Assembly: GCA_963816145.1 (NCBI GenBank)
Contig: CAWFJP010000002.1
Coordinates: forward strand, 224,001 to 288,000
Reading direction: 5' to 3'
Length of the DNA stretch: 64,000 nucleotides
Origin: an uncultured delta proteobacterium
GTDB lineage: Bacteria > Desulfobacterota > Binatia > UBA9968
The notes under the pieces were generated by a model. It searched no databases and had not been told where the DNA came from. It saw nothing but the letters and a program-made list of their open reading frames with translations. Below, in pieces: positions 51,555 through 60,664 of this stretch (position 1 is the stretch's first letter; each line of letters starts with the position of its first letter). A program made the position numbers and the translations under genes.

Positions 51555-51570
51555 TTGGTCCAGTTGTTGC
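51555..51570 (+). promoter_or_regulatory. candidate sigma54 -24/-12 promoter of the transport cluster
   Basis: TTGGTCCAGTTGTTGC (GG-N10-GC); upstream repeated GTGCA-N3-TTTAC-N-C boxes at 51371 and 51466. Confidence 0.45.
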
Positions 51571-51653
51571 CATGGTTAGACCGTGGTGCGGGATAGTCCC
51601 GCGCCGTCGCGCCTCGTGGCTGACGAAGGAATACTGGCCATGATCGTAGCCGC

Positions 51654-52082
51654 GTGAAAACCGTTTTGCTGGTTTGTGCCGGCAATTGCCGGAAGTTGAA
51701 TACTCGACTGGCGCGCGCAGGTTGCGCAGTTATGAACGTCAGTGACGGCCCAACCGCAGTGTCGCGCGCCCGGCACGAAAGAGTCGACGCGTTCGTCCTC
51801 GCATCAACGGGAAAAGAAATGGATTTGACCGAAACCGCATTGAACCTAAGAGACATCCATCCAAACGCCGAAATCATCTTGCTCACTGGCTCGGAAGGTA
51901 GGACTGCAACAACAGCCGATATGGGTCCAATCGTCCGTGCGCTGCCCGAAACACAAGTTCTTTCAGCAGGTGATTTGAGCAGATATCTGGCATCTCCTGA
52001 TAGGCAAGCAGCCCCGCCGAAAAGGCGCGCCGGTGAAAGCGATCGCGCGTGCGCAAGCGCTTCAACGAGGAGAGATAAATGA
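51654..52082 (+). CDS. degenerate stand-alone receiver (CheY-like) domain protein
   Basis: MKTVLLV...DGPTAVSRAR...LRDIHPNAEIILLTG receiver pattern without the canonical Asp; overlaps the next gene by ATGA. Confidence 0.55.
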   Translation: MKTVLLVCAGNCRKLNTRLARAGCAVMNVSDGPTAVSRARHERVDAFVLASTGKEMDLTETALNLRDIHPNAEIILLTGSEGRTATTADMGPIVRALPETQVLSAGDLSRYLASPDRQAAPPKRRAGESDRACASASTRRDK

Positions 52083-53104
52083 ACCGAACCAATTCCCTCT
52101 CCGGATTCTTTCTGGCGGCTGTAACATGGGCCTTGGCCATCGGCCTGCTCTCATCAGCATGGGCTGAAGAGCGGGTCCGCTTGGCATACATCTCCGACTC
52201 TCCAGGATCATCGGCTCCTTACTGGATCGCCAAAGAAGCCGGTCTGTTCAAAAAGTACGGGCTTGATGCCGAGCTGATCTTTATCAACGGCAGCACGCGA
52301 GGCATCCAGGCCCTGCTAGCCGGCGACTTGGACTTCGCGGGAGCGGTGGGCACCTCCGCGATCAACGGCCGCTTGGCGGGCGGCGAGGTGCTGATCGTGG
52401 ACAGCCTCGTCAACACGCTTCCGTACTACATTCTCGCGAGGCCGGAGATCAAATCGCCCGAAAGCCTCAAAGGTCGAACCCTCGCAACCCATATCCCCGG
52501 TACTTCTGCTGATTTTGCCGTGCGGCTGGCGCTGCGCAAATACGGCATCGACTACAAGGATATCAAAGCAGTCACGGTCGGTGGTGCCACGGCGCGCGTC
52601 GCTGCCGTGATCAACGGCCAAACCGATTTCACCATGGTGACCGATTCGGGGAAGATCCAGGGAGAAAAAGCCGGCCTGAAGGTGATCATCGACATGGCAA
52701 AGCTCAAGATCCCGTTTCAGTTCACCTGCACGGTAACCTCGGCAAAATTGATTAGAGAGAAACCGAAAACCGTCGTCGAGCCGATGGCTAAGGCGGTCGC
52801 TGAGGCAGTGCACTTTTTCAAAAACGACAAGAAAGAAACGATCGCGATCATGGCGAAATACACACGCGGCGCGCCGCCCAGCGTGCTCGAAGGCTCCTGG
52901 CTCGCCTACCAGGACCTTTTGCAGGAAGACACCTACCCGACGTTGGCAGGGCTTAGCGACACTCTCGCCGTGCAGTCGAATTGGGATCCGAAGGCCGCCA
53001 CGGCGAAGGCTGAGGACTTCGTCGATTTACGCTTTGTCAAAAACCTAAAAAGGTCCGGCTTCATCGACAAGCTCTATGGCCGCACGCATGTGACTCAAAA
53101 TTAA
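52079..53104 (+). CDS. ABC substrate-binding protein, NMT1/THI5-like
   Basis: Signal peptide; WIAKEAGLFKKYGL motif. Confidence 0.85.
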   Translation: MNRTNSLSGFFLAAVTWALAIGLLSSAWAEERVRLAYISDSPGSSAPYWIAKEAGLFKKYGLDAELIFINGSTRGIQALLAGDLDFAGAVGTSAINGRLAGGEVLIVDSLVNTLPYYILARPEIKSPESLKGRTLATHIPGTSADFAVRLALRKYGIDYKDIKAVTVGGATARVAAVINGQTDFTMVTDSGKIQGEKAGLKVIIDMAKLKIPFQFTCTVTSAKLIREKPKTVVEPMAKAVAEAVHFFKNDKKETIAIMAKYTRGAPPSVLEGSWLAYQDLLQEDTYPTLAGLSDTLAVQSNWDPKAATAKAEDFVDLRFVKNLKRSGFIDKLYGRTHVTQN

Positions 53105-53122
53105 CGAACGTACGGAGGGTAC

Positions 53123-54151
53123 ATGAAGCGAGCAGCTAAGTTCGGATCGATTTTCGTATCGGCCTGCATCGCGCTTGGTTGGCCATCGTTTGCTTCGGTG
53201 CTGCACGCGGGATCGAATCCGCAGCTCATCGAGGCGGCAAAAAGCGAGGGTGTTGTTTCCTATTACACGACGATGACTTTGTTGCAGAGTAAAAAAGTCG
53301 TCGATAAATTTCAACAAAAATACCCATTCATCAAAGCCGAGCTGTTTCGCAGCGGCGGCGATGCGATTTTGAATAGAATTGAGAATGAGGCGCGCGGTGG
53401 TCTGAATGCCTGGGATGTTGTATCGACGCGCGGCGATCAGGTTCTGCCGCTGAGGAACTCCAAGCTGATCACGTCCTATCGTTCGCCTGAAACTAAATTC
53501 ATCAGCCAGGACTTGGTCGATGATGAGGGATACTGGACTGCTTATTACGTCAACCCGTTCGCGCTGGGATTCAACACCAACATGGTCAAAAGAGACGAAG
53601 TGCCCAAGACCTACGAGCAGCTGCTCGACCCGAAATGGAAAGGAAAAAAGATTTCAATCGACGATTCAGCGTACGAGTTTCTCGCCGGGCTCATGCGCGC
53701 TTGGGGCAAGGAGAAGGCGGTAGATTATTTAAAAAAACTCGCAGCGCAGGAACCGGTTGTCATGCGCGGCAACACCAATCGCGTCCAGCTCACGATGGCG
53801 GGTGAATACTATCTGATCATCGCCTATGCGCCGACGATTCAACGGGAGACTTCAAAGAACCATCCGATCGATTGGGTTCCGCTCGAGCCGGTGCCGGTTC
53901 AGGTCAATCCCATGATGCTGGCGGCCAAAGCGCCGCATCCCAACGCAGGCAAGCTCTTTATCGATTTTCTCCTGTCAAAAGAGGGGCAGAAAATGCTTGT
54001 CGGTTTCAGACGGATTCCTGTGCGCGAGGACGTCGACCCCGATCCGCCGCGCCTGTTCAAAGGCTACAAGCGAGTAGTTGAACACCCGGAGGACTCTAAA
54101 GACGCGCCCGTGGTCACCAAGCTCTATCAGCACATTTTAAACATTCGATAG
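53123..54151 (+). CDS. ABC substrate-binding protein, AfuA-like
   Basis: Signal peptide; LLDPKWKGK and APHPNAGKLFIDFLLS motifs. Confidence 0.85.
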   Translation: MKRAAKFGSIFVSACIALGWPSFASVLHAGSNPQLIEAAKSEGVVSYYTTMTLLQSKKVVDKFQQKYPFIKAELFRSGGDAILNRIENEARGGLNAWDVVSTRGDQVLPLRNSKLITSYRSPETKFISQDLVDDEGYWTAYYVNPFALGFNTNMVKRDEVPKTYEQLLDPKWKGKKISIDDSAYEFLAGLMRAWGKEKAVDYLKKLAAQEPVVMRGNTNRVQLTMAGEYYLIIAYAPTIQRETSKNHPIDWVPLEPVPVQVNPMMLAAKAPHPNAGKLFIDFLLSKEGQKMLVGFRRIPVREDVDPDPPRLFKGYKRVVEHPEDSKDAPVVTKLYQHILNIR

Positions 54152-54207
54152 GGCCTTTCGTGCGGAATAGTGAAGAGCCTGCAAGGCGTTTAAATCAGGA
54201 GGTTGCG

Positions 54208-55264
54208 ATGAACAAATTAAGACTGCTGCTTACACTAAGGATCGCGATTTACTGCGCCATTTCTATCCTCCTGCCGTCCCTGACCGCGGCAGAAGACTTC
54301 TATAAGGGTAAAACTCTCCGCTTCGTCGTCGGCTACGCTCCCGGAGGAGGCTACGACACGTATACGCGCGCCGTCGCGCGCCACATCGGCAAATATATCC
54401 CAGGCAGTCCGAGTGTTGTTGTCGACAACATGGAAGGCGCCGGGAGCCTTCTGTCTGCTAATTACATGTTCAATAAAGCTGAACCCGATGGCCTCACGGT
54501 GGGTAATTTCAACAGCGGCATGGTCACTCAGCAGGCGTTAGGCGCAAAAGGGATTCGCTTCGACGCGCGCAAGTTCGGCTGGATCGGAGCGCCGGGGAAG
54601 GGATGGCCCACCTGCATGGTGATGGGATTTACCGGGCTCAAAACCCTCGATGACGTCATCAAGTCGGGCGACAAGCTCAAGTTCGGAGGAACCCGCGCGG
54701 GCGCGTCCTCTGACGATTTACCGAAGCTGATGGATGCGCTGATGGGCACCCACCTGCAGGTTATCTCCGGATACAAAGGCACCGGACCGATTCGCGTCGC
54801 GCTGCAGCGCCGGGAGATCAATGCGCTCTGTTCCGGTTGGGAATCGATGCGGGTCACTGCGCGATCCATGCTCGACGCCAAGGGCGATGACAAGTTAATT
54901 CCTTTCGTCATTCACGGCTACCCCGAAGACCCTGAAGTCAAAGATCTGCCGCAGTACACGCAGGTCATCAAAGGAGATGAAAACGTCAAGGCGTTTAAAG
55001 CCTGGGCGAACCAGTATGATTTTCAGCGCCCGCTGATGGTGCCGCCGAAGACGCCGAAAGACAGACTGCAAACATTGCGCATGGCGTTGCAAGAAACAGT
55101 CGCGGATCCGAGAATTTTTGGCCGAAGCCAAAAAGAGCAAGATGGTCATCGACAAAGTGACCGGCGAAGACATCGAACGATCGGTGGAGGAGATTTTAAC
55201 GATTACGCCTGCGATCAAGAAAAAACTCATGGTTCTTTCACCCGGGAAGACGACAACAAATTGA
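54208..55264 (+). CDS. TctC/Bug family binding protein; apparent single-base insertion frameshift near 55111
   Basis: FYKGKT...PGGGYDTY.R, NMEGAG and PDGLT motifs; shifted frame gives DPEFLAEAKKSK...TN* at 55264, matching the paralog's DPEFVAEAKKSK. Confidence 0.85.
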
Positions 55265-55300
55265 GATCTGCGATCCGAAAAATGCACGAAGGAGAATCGT

Positions 55301-56365
55301 ATGAAACACCCACTTTGTATCTGGGCAGCCACAGCCGTTGCGTGGTTTATATGCGCCGCGGGCTCAAGCGCCATCGCTGATGATTTCTACAAGGGCAAAA
55401 CCATTCGCGTCACCGTCGGGCTCGCTCCCGGCGGAGGCTACGACACCTATGCGCGCGCTGTCGCCCGGCACATGGGAAAGCATATTCCAGGCAATCCGAG
55501 TTTTGTCGTTGACAACATGGAAGGAGCGGGAAGCCTGATTGCGGCCAATTATACATACAACAAAGCCGACCGCGACGGGACATTCATCGGCGTTTGGAAC
55601 AGCGCTTACGTTCTCTACCAAGCGCTGGGCGACAAGGCCGTTCGATTAGACGCGCGCAAGTTGAATTGGATCGGCGCGCCGATCAAAGGCTCGCCAAGCT
55701 GCAGCATCATGGGCTTTACCGGCCTGAAAACGATGGACGAAGTTGTCAAGTCCGGCAGAGAACTGAAAATGGGATCGACCCGGGCGGGTTCGACCTATAA
55801 CGATTTGCCGATGATCTTGAACCAGACCGTCGGCACAAAGTTTAACGTGATCAACGGCTACAAGGGCACATCGCTCATAACTGTTGCCATGCGGACCAAG
55901 GAATTGGACGGCGGCTGTTGGGGCTGGGAGTCGGCGCGGGTCACCGCGCGAGCGATGCTGGACGCCGAAGGCGATCAAAAACTCATACCTATTCTCGTGC
56001 ACAGCAAGTGGGAGGACAAGGAGTTAAAGAACGTTCCGCTGGTTCGCGACTACATCAAAGCCAAAGCGGGAGAAGATGGCGTTCGCCTCTACAACACATG
56101 GATCGCTCAATACGAGTTCCAGCGCCCCTGGGTAATGCCTCCAGGCGTGCCGGCCGATCGCGTAGAAATTTTTCGCAAAGCCTTCAAGGCAACGCTGGAG
56201 GATCCGGAATTCGTCGCCGAAGCAAAGAAGAGCAAACTCGAGATGCAGTACGTGCCGGCGGATGAAATCAACGGGCTGGTAAATGAAATTTTGAACATCT
56301 CAGCCAAAACAAAACAGGGGCTGCAATTTTTGGTGAAGAAAGAAAAGGCGGTCACCCAGAGATAA
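55301..56365 (+). CDS. TctC/Bug family binding protein
   Basis: FYKGKTI, PGGGYDTYAR and NMEGAG motifs. Confidence 0.88.
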   Translation: MKHPLCIWAATAVAWFICAAGSSAIADDFYKGKTIRVTVGLAPGGGYDTYARAVARHMGKHIPGNPSFVVDNMEGAGSLIAANYTYNKADRDGTFIGVWNSAYVLYQALGDKAVRLDARKLNWIGAPIKGSPSCSIMGFTGLKTMDEVVKSGRELKMGSTRAGSTYNDLPMILNQTVGTKFNVINGYKGTSLITVAMRTKELDGGCWGWESARVTARAMLDAEGDQKLIPILVHSKWEDKELKNVPLVRDYIKAKAGEDGVRLYNTWIAQYEFQRPWVMPPGVPADRVEIFRKAFKATLEDPEFVAEAKKSKLEMQYVPADEINGLVNEILNISAKTKQGLQFLVKKEKAVTQR

Positions 56366-56404
56366 ACGCCACAGCCAACGTAGCTACGGTCGCTGGAGGG
56401 CCAT

Positions 56405-58528
56405 ATGCTTGAATATCTGCACGCATTCAATCAGGGGCTGATAAACGTCCTGCCTTATTTTACGCCTCACGGTACCGAGACCTTCCTCTACATGATGTTC
56501 GGCATGGCGATCGGTTTTGCCGTCGGCATCCTCCCCGGTCTGGGCGGCGCCACCACACTCGCGCTCATGCTGCCGTTTATCTACAACATGGACCCGACGA
56601 CGGCGTTCGCTTTTCTGCTCGGCTCCAATGCCGTCACCGCCACCACCGGCGATGTCACATCGGTTCTTTTCGGAGTGCCAGGCGAAGGCATATGTGCTGC
56701 GACCATTGTCGACGGTCATCCCATGGCCAAAAACGGCGAAGCGGGCCGCGCGCTGGGAGCGGCGTTGATGAGTTCTCTTGTCGGCGCGGTCTTTGGCGCT
56801 TTTATTCTCGCTCTGGCAATTCCGATCGTTAGTCCGCTCGTGCTCTCCATCGGTTCGGCGGAGTTTTTCATGCTGGCGGTGCTGGGCGTCACCTTTGTCG
56901 CTTCGCTCAGCGGATCCAACATTCCCAAGGGACTGCTCGCCGGTGGTCTTGGGCTAGTGCTGGCCATGGTGGGGCTGGACCCGATCGAAAGTGTGCCGCG
57001 CTTCACCCTGGAAGGGTTTTTGGGCGAGGACAACGCGCTCTTTCTGTGGGATGGCATCTCACTGATCAGCGTGACCATCGGGCTCTTCGCTATCCCGGAG
57101 ATCATCGATCTCGCGGTGCAGGGAACCAGCATCGCGCGCGAGGGCACGCCAACCAAGCTCGGTGGCGTTATGGAAGGAATCAAGGATACGTTCCGCCACT
57201 GGAAGCTCGTGCTTCGCTGCAGCGGTATCGGCGCCTACATTGGTTTGATCCCCGGCATGGGCGGCGGCCCGGCGCAGTGGCTTGCTTACGCCCACGCGGT
57301 GCAGAGCTCGCCGGACAAAGAACGCTTCGGCAAAGGCGCGGTGGAAGGCGTGCTCGGCCCCGGAGCCGCAAACAATTCGAAAGAAGGCGGATCGCTGATC
57401 CCAACCCTTGCCTTCGGCGTGCCCGGCAGCGTCTCCATGGCGATTCTCCTGGGCGCCTTCATCATCCAAGGCATCGTGCCCGGCCCCGATCTTTTGAACC
57501 CAGCGAAGTATTTGACGCTGACTTTTTCCTTTGTCTGGATCATCGTCATCACCAACGTCATCACCGTCCTGATCTGCCTGCTCTTCCTTAACCAGCTCGC
57601 CAAAATTACTTTCGTCAAAGGGACCTATCTGATTCCGTTTCTGCTCTTTCTCGTTTACCTCGGTGGGTTTGCGACTAAAAATAGTTTCGGCGACATGCTG
57701 ATGGTTGTCATCTTCGGCGCCATCGGTTGGCTCATGGTCAAGTTCGATTGGCAGCGCCCGCCGCTGCTGCTCGGCTTGGTTCTAGGCGGGATCGCAGAGA
57801 ACAATCTTTTTATCGCCAGCCGCATTTATGGCTACACCTGGCTTTGGCATCCGGGCGTTTTGGTCATTGGCTTTATCATCGTGGCCGGCACGGCTTTTCC
57901 GTATCTGCAAGCCTGGTTCAGGCGTTCACGGCGGACCACAGATCCATCCGACATGGTTCAGAAACCAGTTTCCTTCAAGATCGAACGGCTGCCGTTGGCG
58001 GCCCGCATCGGCCAGAGTTTATTCGCGCTCTTTATTCTCTTGGTCTTCGCCTACGTCGTCTACCAGGCGAAATTTGGCTTCGGCGCGTTCGAGCCGCGCG
58101 CAGCGCTATTTCCCTGGGTCATCGGGCTACCCTGCTTCCTGCTCGCAATCTATGTGTTTAGCAATGACGCTCTCCAATCCACACGTAAAGTTAAAGTAGA
58201 AGAGACAGCTTTGTGGAGCGAGCCCGAGATTGACCCCGTGCTCGAGCGCCACAGAACTCTCGCTATCGGCTCATGGATCGTCGGCTTCTTTTTAGCGATT
58301 TGGACCTTGGGCTTTGTCCCCGCATCCGCCATCGCCACGTTCCTCTATTTGAAATTTGGCGCGGGAGAGAAATGGCCGATGGCAGCGACACTCACCATCG
58401 CTTGCTGGCTGTTTTTCTTCGGCGTGTTCGCTTACGCGCTGCAACTGCCGTTTCCCCACGGCGCGATATTCGACTTCGTGAATATTCATATCCCGGCAGT
58501 GCAGGATCTTTTCGCCGCCGGCGCTTAG
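56405..58528 (+). CDS. tripartite tricarboxylate transporter TctA with fused C-terminal TctB domain
   Basis: GILPGLGG, DGHPMAKNGEAG, ANNSKEGG..PTLAFGVPG (TctA); the extra ~200 aa has four TM helices and ends F..ALQLPFPHG (TctB-like). Confidence 0.85.
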   Translation: MLEYLHAFNQGLINVLPYFTPHGTETFLYMMFGMAIGFAVGILPGLGGATTLALMLPFIYNMDPTTAFAFLLGSNAVTATTGDVTSVLFGVPGEGICAATIVDGHPMAKNGEAGRALGAALMSSLVGAVFGAFILALAIPIVSPLVLSIGSAEFFMLAVLGVTFVASLSGSNIPKGLLAGGLGLVLAMVGLDPIESVPRFTLEGFLGEDNALFLWDGISLISVTIGLFAIPEIIDLAVQGTSIAREGTPTKLGGVMEGIKDTFRHWKLVLRCSGIGAYIGLIPGMGGGPAQWLAYAHAVQSSPDKERFGKGAVEGVLGPGAANNSKEGGSLIPTLAFGVPGSVSMAILLGAFIIQGIVPGPDLLNPAKYLTLTFSFVWIIVITNVITVLICLLFLNQLAKITFVKGTYLIPFLLFLVYLGGFATKNSFGDMLMVVIFGAIGWLMVKFDWQRPPLLLGLVLGGIAENNLFIASRIYGYTWLWHPGVLVIGFIIVAGTAFPYLQAWFRRSRRTTDPSDMVQKPVSFKIERLPLAARIGQSLFALFILLVFAYVVYQAKFGFGAFEPRAALFPWVIGLPCFLLAIYVFSNDALQSTRKVKVEETALWSEPEIDPVLERHRTLAIGSWIVGFFLAIWTLGFVPASAIATFLYLKFGAGEKWPMAATLTIACWLFFFGVFAYALQLPFPHGAIFDFVNIHIPAVQDLFAAGA

Positions 58529-58561
58529 CAGTTTTTAAACTCATCGCTTCAGGAGGGCCAA

Positions 58562-59611
58562 GTGAAAAGTTTTAGATTCATTTTTTCCCTTACGATGATC
58601 GCATTCATTCTGGGAGCCGCCCCGAAGCTGTACGCCGGAAGCGAGTCTCTTTACCAGGGCAAATCGATCAAGATCATCGTCGGCTTTACATCGGGCGGCT
58701 TTTACGATCGCTGGTCTCGCCTGCTGGCGCGCTACGTTCCGAAATATCTGGCCGGCAATCCGGAGATGATCGTGCAAAACATGCCTGGCGCCGGCGGAAT
58801 GATCGCGGCGAATCACATTTACGGCGTCGCCAAGCCCGACGGATTATCCATAGCCATGCTTTCCTACGGTTTGTACCTGGATCAGCTCGTCAGCCGTAAA
58901 GAGGTCCAGTACGACGTGCGCAAACTCAACTGGATCGGCTCGCCGGAAAAAAGCGAAGTGCTCATGTACATGCGCGCCGACGCGCCGTTTAAAACCATCG
59001 AGGACATTCGCAACGCAGCCACGCCGCCCAAGTGCGGCTCCACCGGAACCGCGGGAACCGACTATATTCTCGCGCGCCTGCTGGAAGACACGCTCGGCGC
59101 CAAGATCGATACTGTGCTCGGCTATCCCGGCGGCAGCGAGATCGATCTCGCCGTCGAAAAGGGCGAAGTGCAGTGCCGCGGCCTTACCGCGGCGCCGTTT
59201 TTCGGCCGGGAGCCGTTCATCTCCTGGCGCAAAAAAAACTTTGTCAACGTTCTCATTTACGGCGGAGTAAAGCGGGATGAACGCATCCCCGACACGCCGA
59301 GTATTTATGAAATTTTCGACAAAGAAAAAACGCCGGACGAAAACCGGCGCGTCGCCGATGTCATTCTGCGCGGCGGCGACTTCGGCCGCCCTTGGGTAAT
59401 GCCGCCGGAAACGCCCGCCGAAATCGTAAAGACCATGCGCGCGGCCTATGCAAAGGCGATGGCGGACCCGGCGCTAATCGAGGATGCCAAGAAAGCCAAA
59501 TTCGAAGTTGAATTCGTTTCAGGTGAAGAACTGCAAAAACTGGCGGAAACTATGATCAATCAGCCGCCTGGAGTAATCAAGCGTGTCAAAAAGCTGCTCG
59601 GGCAAAAATAG
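58562..59611 (+). CDS. TctC/Bug family binding protein
   Basis: YQGKSI, GGFYD, NMPGAGG and KPDGL motifs. Confidence 0.88.
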   Translation: MKSFRFIFSLTMIAFILGAAPKLYAGSESLYQGKSIKIIVGFTSGGFYDRWSRLLARYVPKYLAGNPEMIVQNMPGAGGMIAANHIYGVAKPDGLSIAMLSYGLYLDQLVSRKEVQYDVRKLNWIGSPEKSEVLMYMRADAPFKTIEDIRNAATPPKCGSTGTAGTDYILARLLEDTLGAKIDTVLGYPGGSEIDLAVEKGEVQCRGLTAAPFFGREPFISWRKKNFVNVLIYGGVKRDERIPDTPSIYEIFDKEKTPDENRRVADVILRGGDFGRPWVMPPETPAEIVKTMRAAYAKAMADPALIEDAKKAKFEVEFVSGEELQKLAETMINQPPGVIKRVKKLLGQK

Positions 59612-59682
59612 CGGTTAAGCGCATCACTGGGATGGAGAAGCGATTTGCCTACCGGAGGCGTGGATCAGGACAGGAGAGCGTA

Positions 59683-60660
59683 ATGAAACTCGTTCAGATT
59701 TGGCTAGCAGTCTGTTTAGTTCTCGCACTGCCAACAGCTGGCACCGCCCAACAAGGAGTCGACTTTCCCGTAGCCGCTTCATCCAAAGTGTTAGGTTACG
59801 GGCCGCTGTGGGTGGCGTCGGGGATGGGCTTTCTCAAACGCGAAGGCCTCGACTCTGAGGTTTCGGCGATGCGCGGCACCGCGCCCGCCATGCAGGCTTT
59901 GGTCTCGGATTCCATCCACGTCGCGTTGGCGGCCAACGATGGACCGATCGGGTTGGTGGAGAAAGGATTGGACATCGCGATGATCGCCTGCGGCAGCAAG
60001 ACAACCCACATGATCATGGGCGGAAAAGGATTCAAGACCTATGAGGATTTGCGCGGCGCCACCATCGGCTCATCGACGCTGACTTCCGGCACGGCATTTC
60101 TGCTTAAGCGCGTGTTGAAATCCAAGGGACTCGAATATCCCCGAGACTACAACCTCGTCAACGTCGGCGGCAGCGGTCCGGCATTTACCGCGCTCGGCAC
60201 CGGCAACATCGCCGCGGCGATTCTCGCCGTGCCGATCAATTTTCGCGCTCAGGAAATGGGCTTCAATCTGATCGGCAAGGTCACCGATGTTTTTCCCAAT
60301 TATCTACTTTCCAGCTTCTCGGTCCGGCGCGGCTGGGCAGAGGCGCATCGCAAAGAGGTCGTTCATTTCCTTAAGGCGGTGCTGCAGGCGCGCAAGTGGC
60401 TCGACGAGAACAGAGAAGCGGGGGCGGAATTTTTAGCCAAAGAATTAGACATAAAACCCAAGCTCGCGCGTAAGGGCTTGAATTACTACCTCGAGAGTAA
60501 AGCCTGGGAACCGGATCTCAGTATCGATATCGATGGGCTCAAAACGGTTGTCGATATTTATGCCGAACAGGCGAAGCTCCCCGGCGGCCCGCCCAACCCG
60601 GAAAAATATCTGGACATGAGTTACCTGCACGACGCGTGGAAAGAGTTGGGATGGAAGTAA
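59683..60660 (+). CDS. ABC substrate-binding protein, NMT1/THI5-like
   Basis: Signal peptide after an AGGAG RBS; GFLKREGL and DLRGATIG motifs. Confidence 0.83.
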   Translation: MKLVQIWLAVCLVLALPTAGTAQQGVDFPVAASSKVLGYGPLWVASGMGFLKREGLDSEVSAMRGTAPAMQALVSDSIHVALAANDGPIGLVEKGLDIAMIACGSKTTHMIMGGKGFKTYEDLRGATIGSSTLTSGTAFLLKRVLKSKGLEYPRDYNLVNVGGSGPAFTALGTGNIAAAILAVPINFRAQEMGFNLIGKVTDVFPNYLLSSFSVRRGWAEAHRKEVVHFLKAVLQARKWLDENREAGAEFLAKELDIKPKLARKGLNYYLESKAWEPDLSIDIDGLKTVVDIYAEQAKLPGGPPNPEKYLDMSYLHDAWKELGWK

Positions 60661-60664
60661 GCCC

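Noticed and set aside
51633-51650. Alternative sigma54 promoter TGGCCATGATCGTAGC
   Set aside because: GG-to-GC spacing is 11, not the required 10
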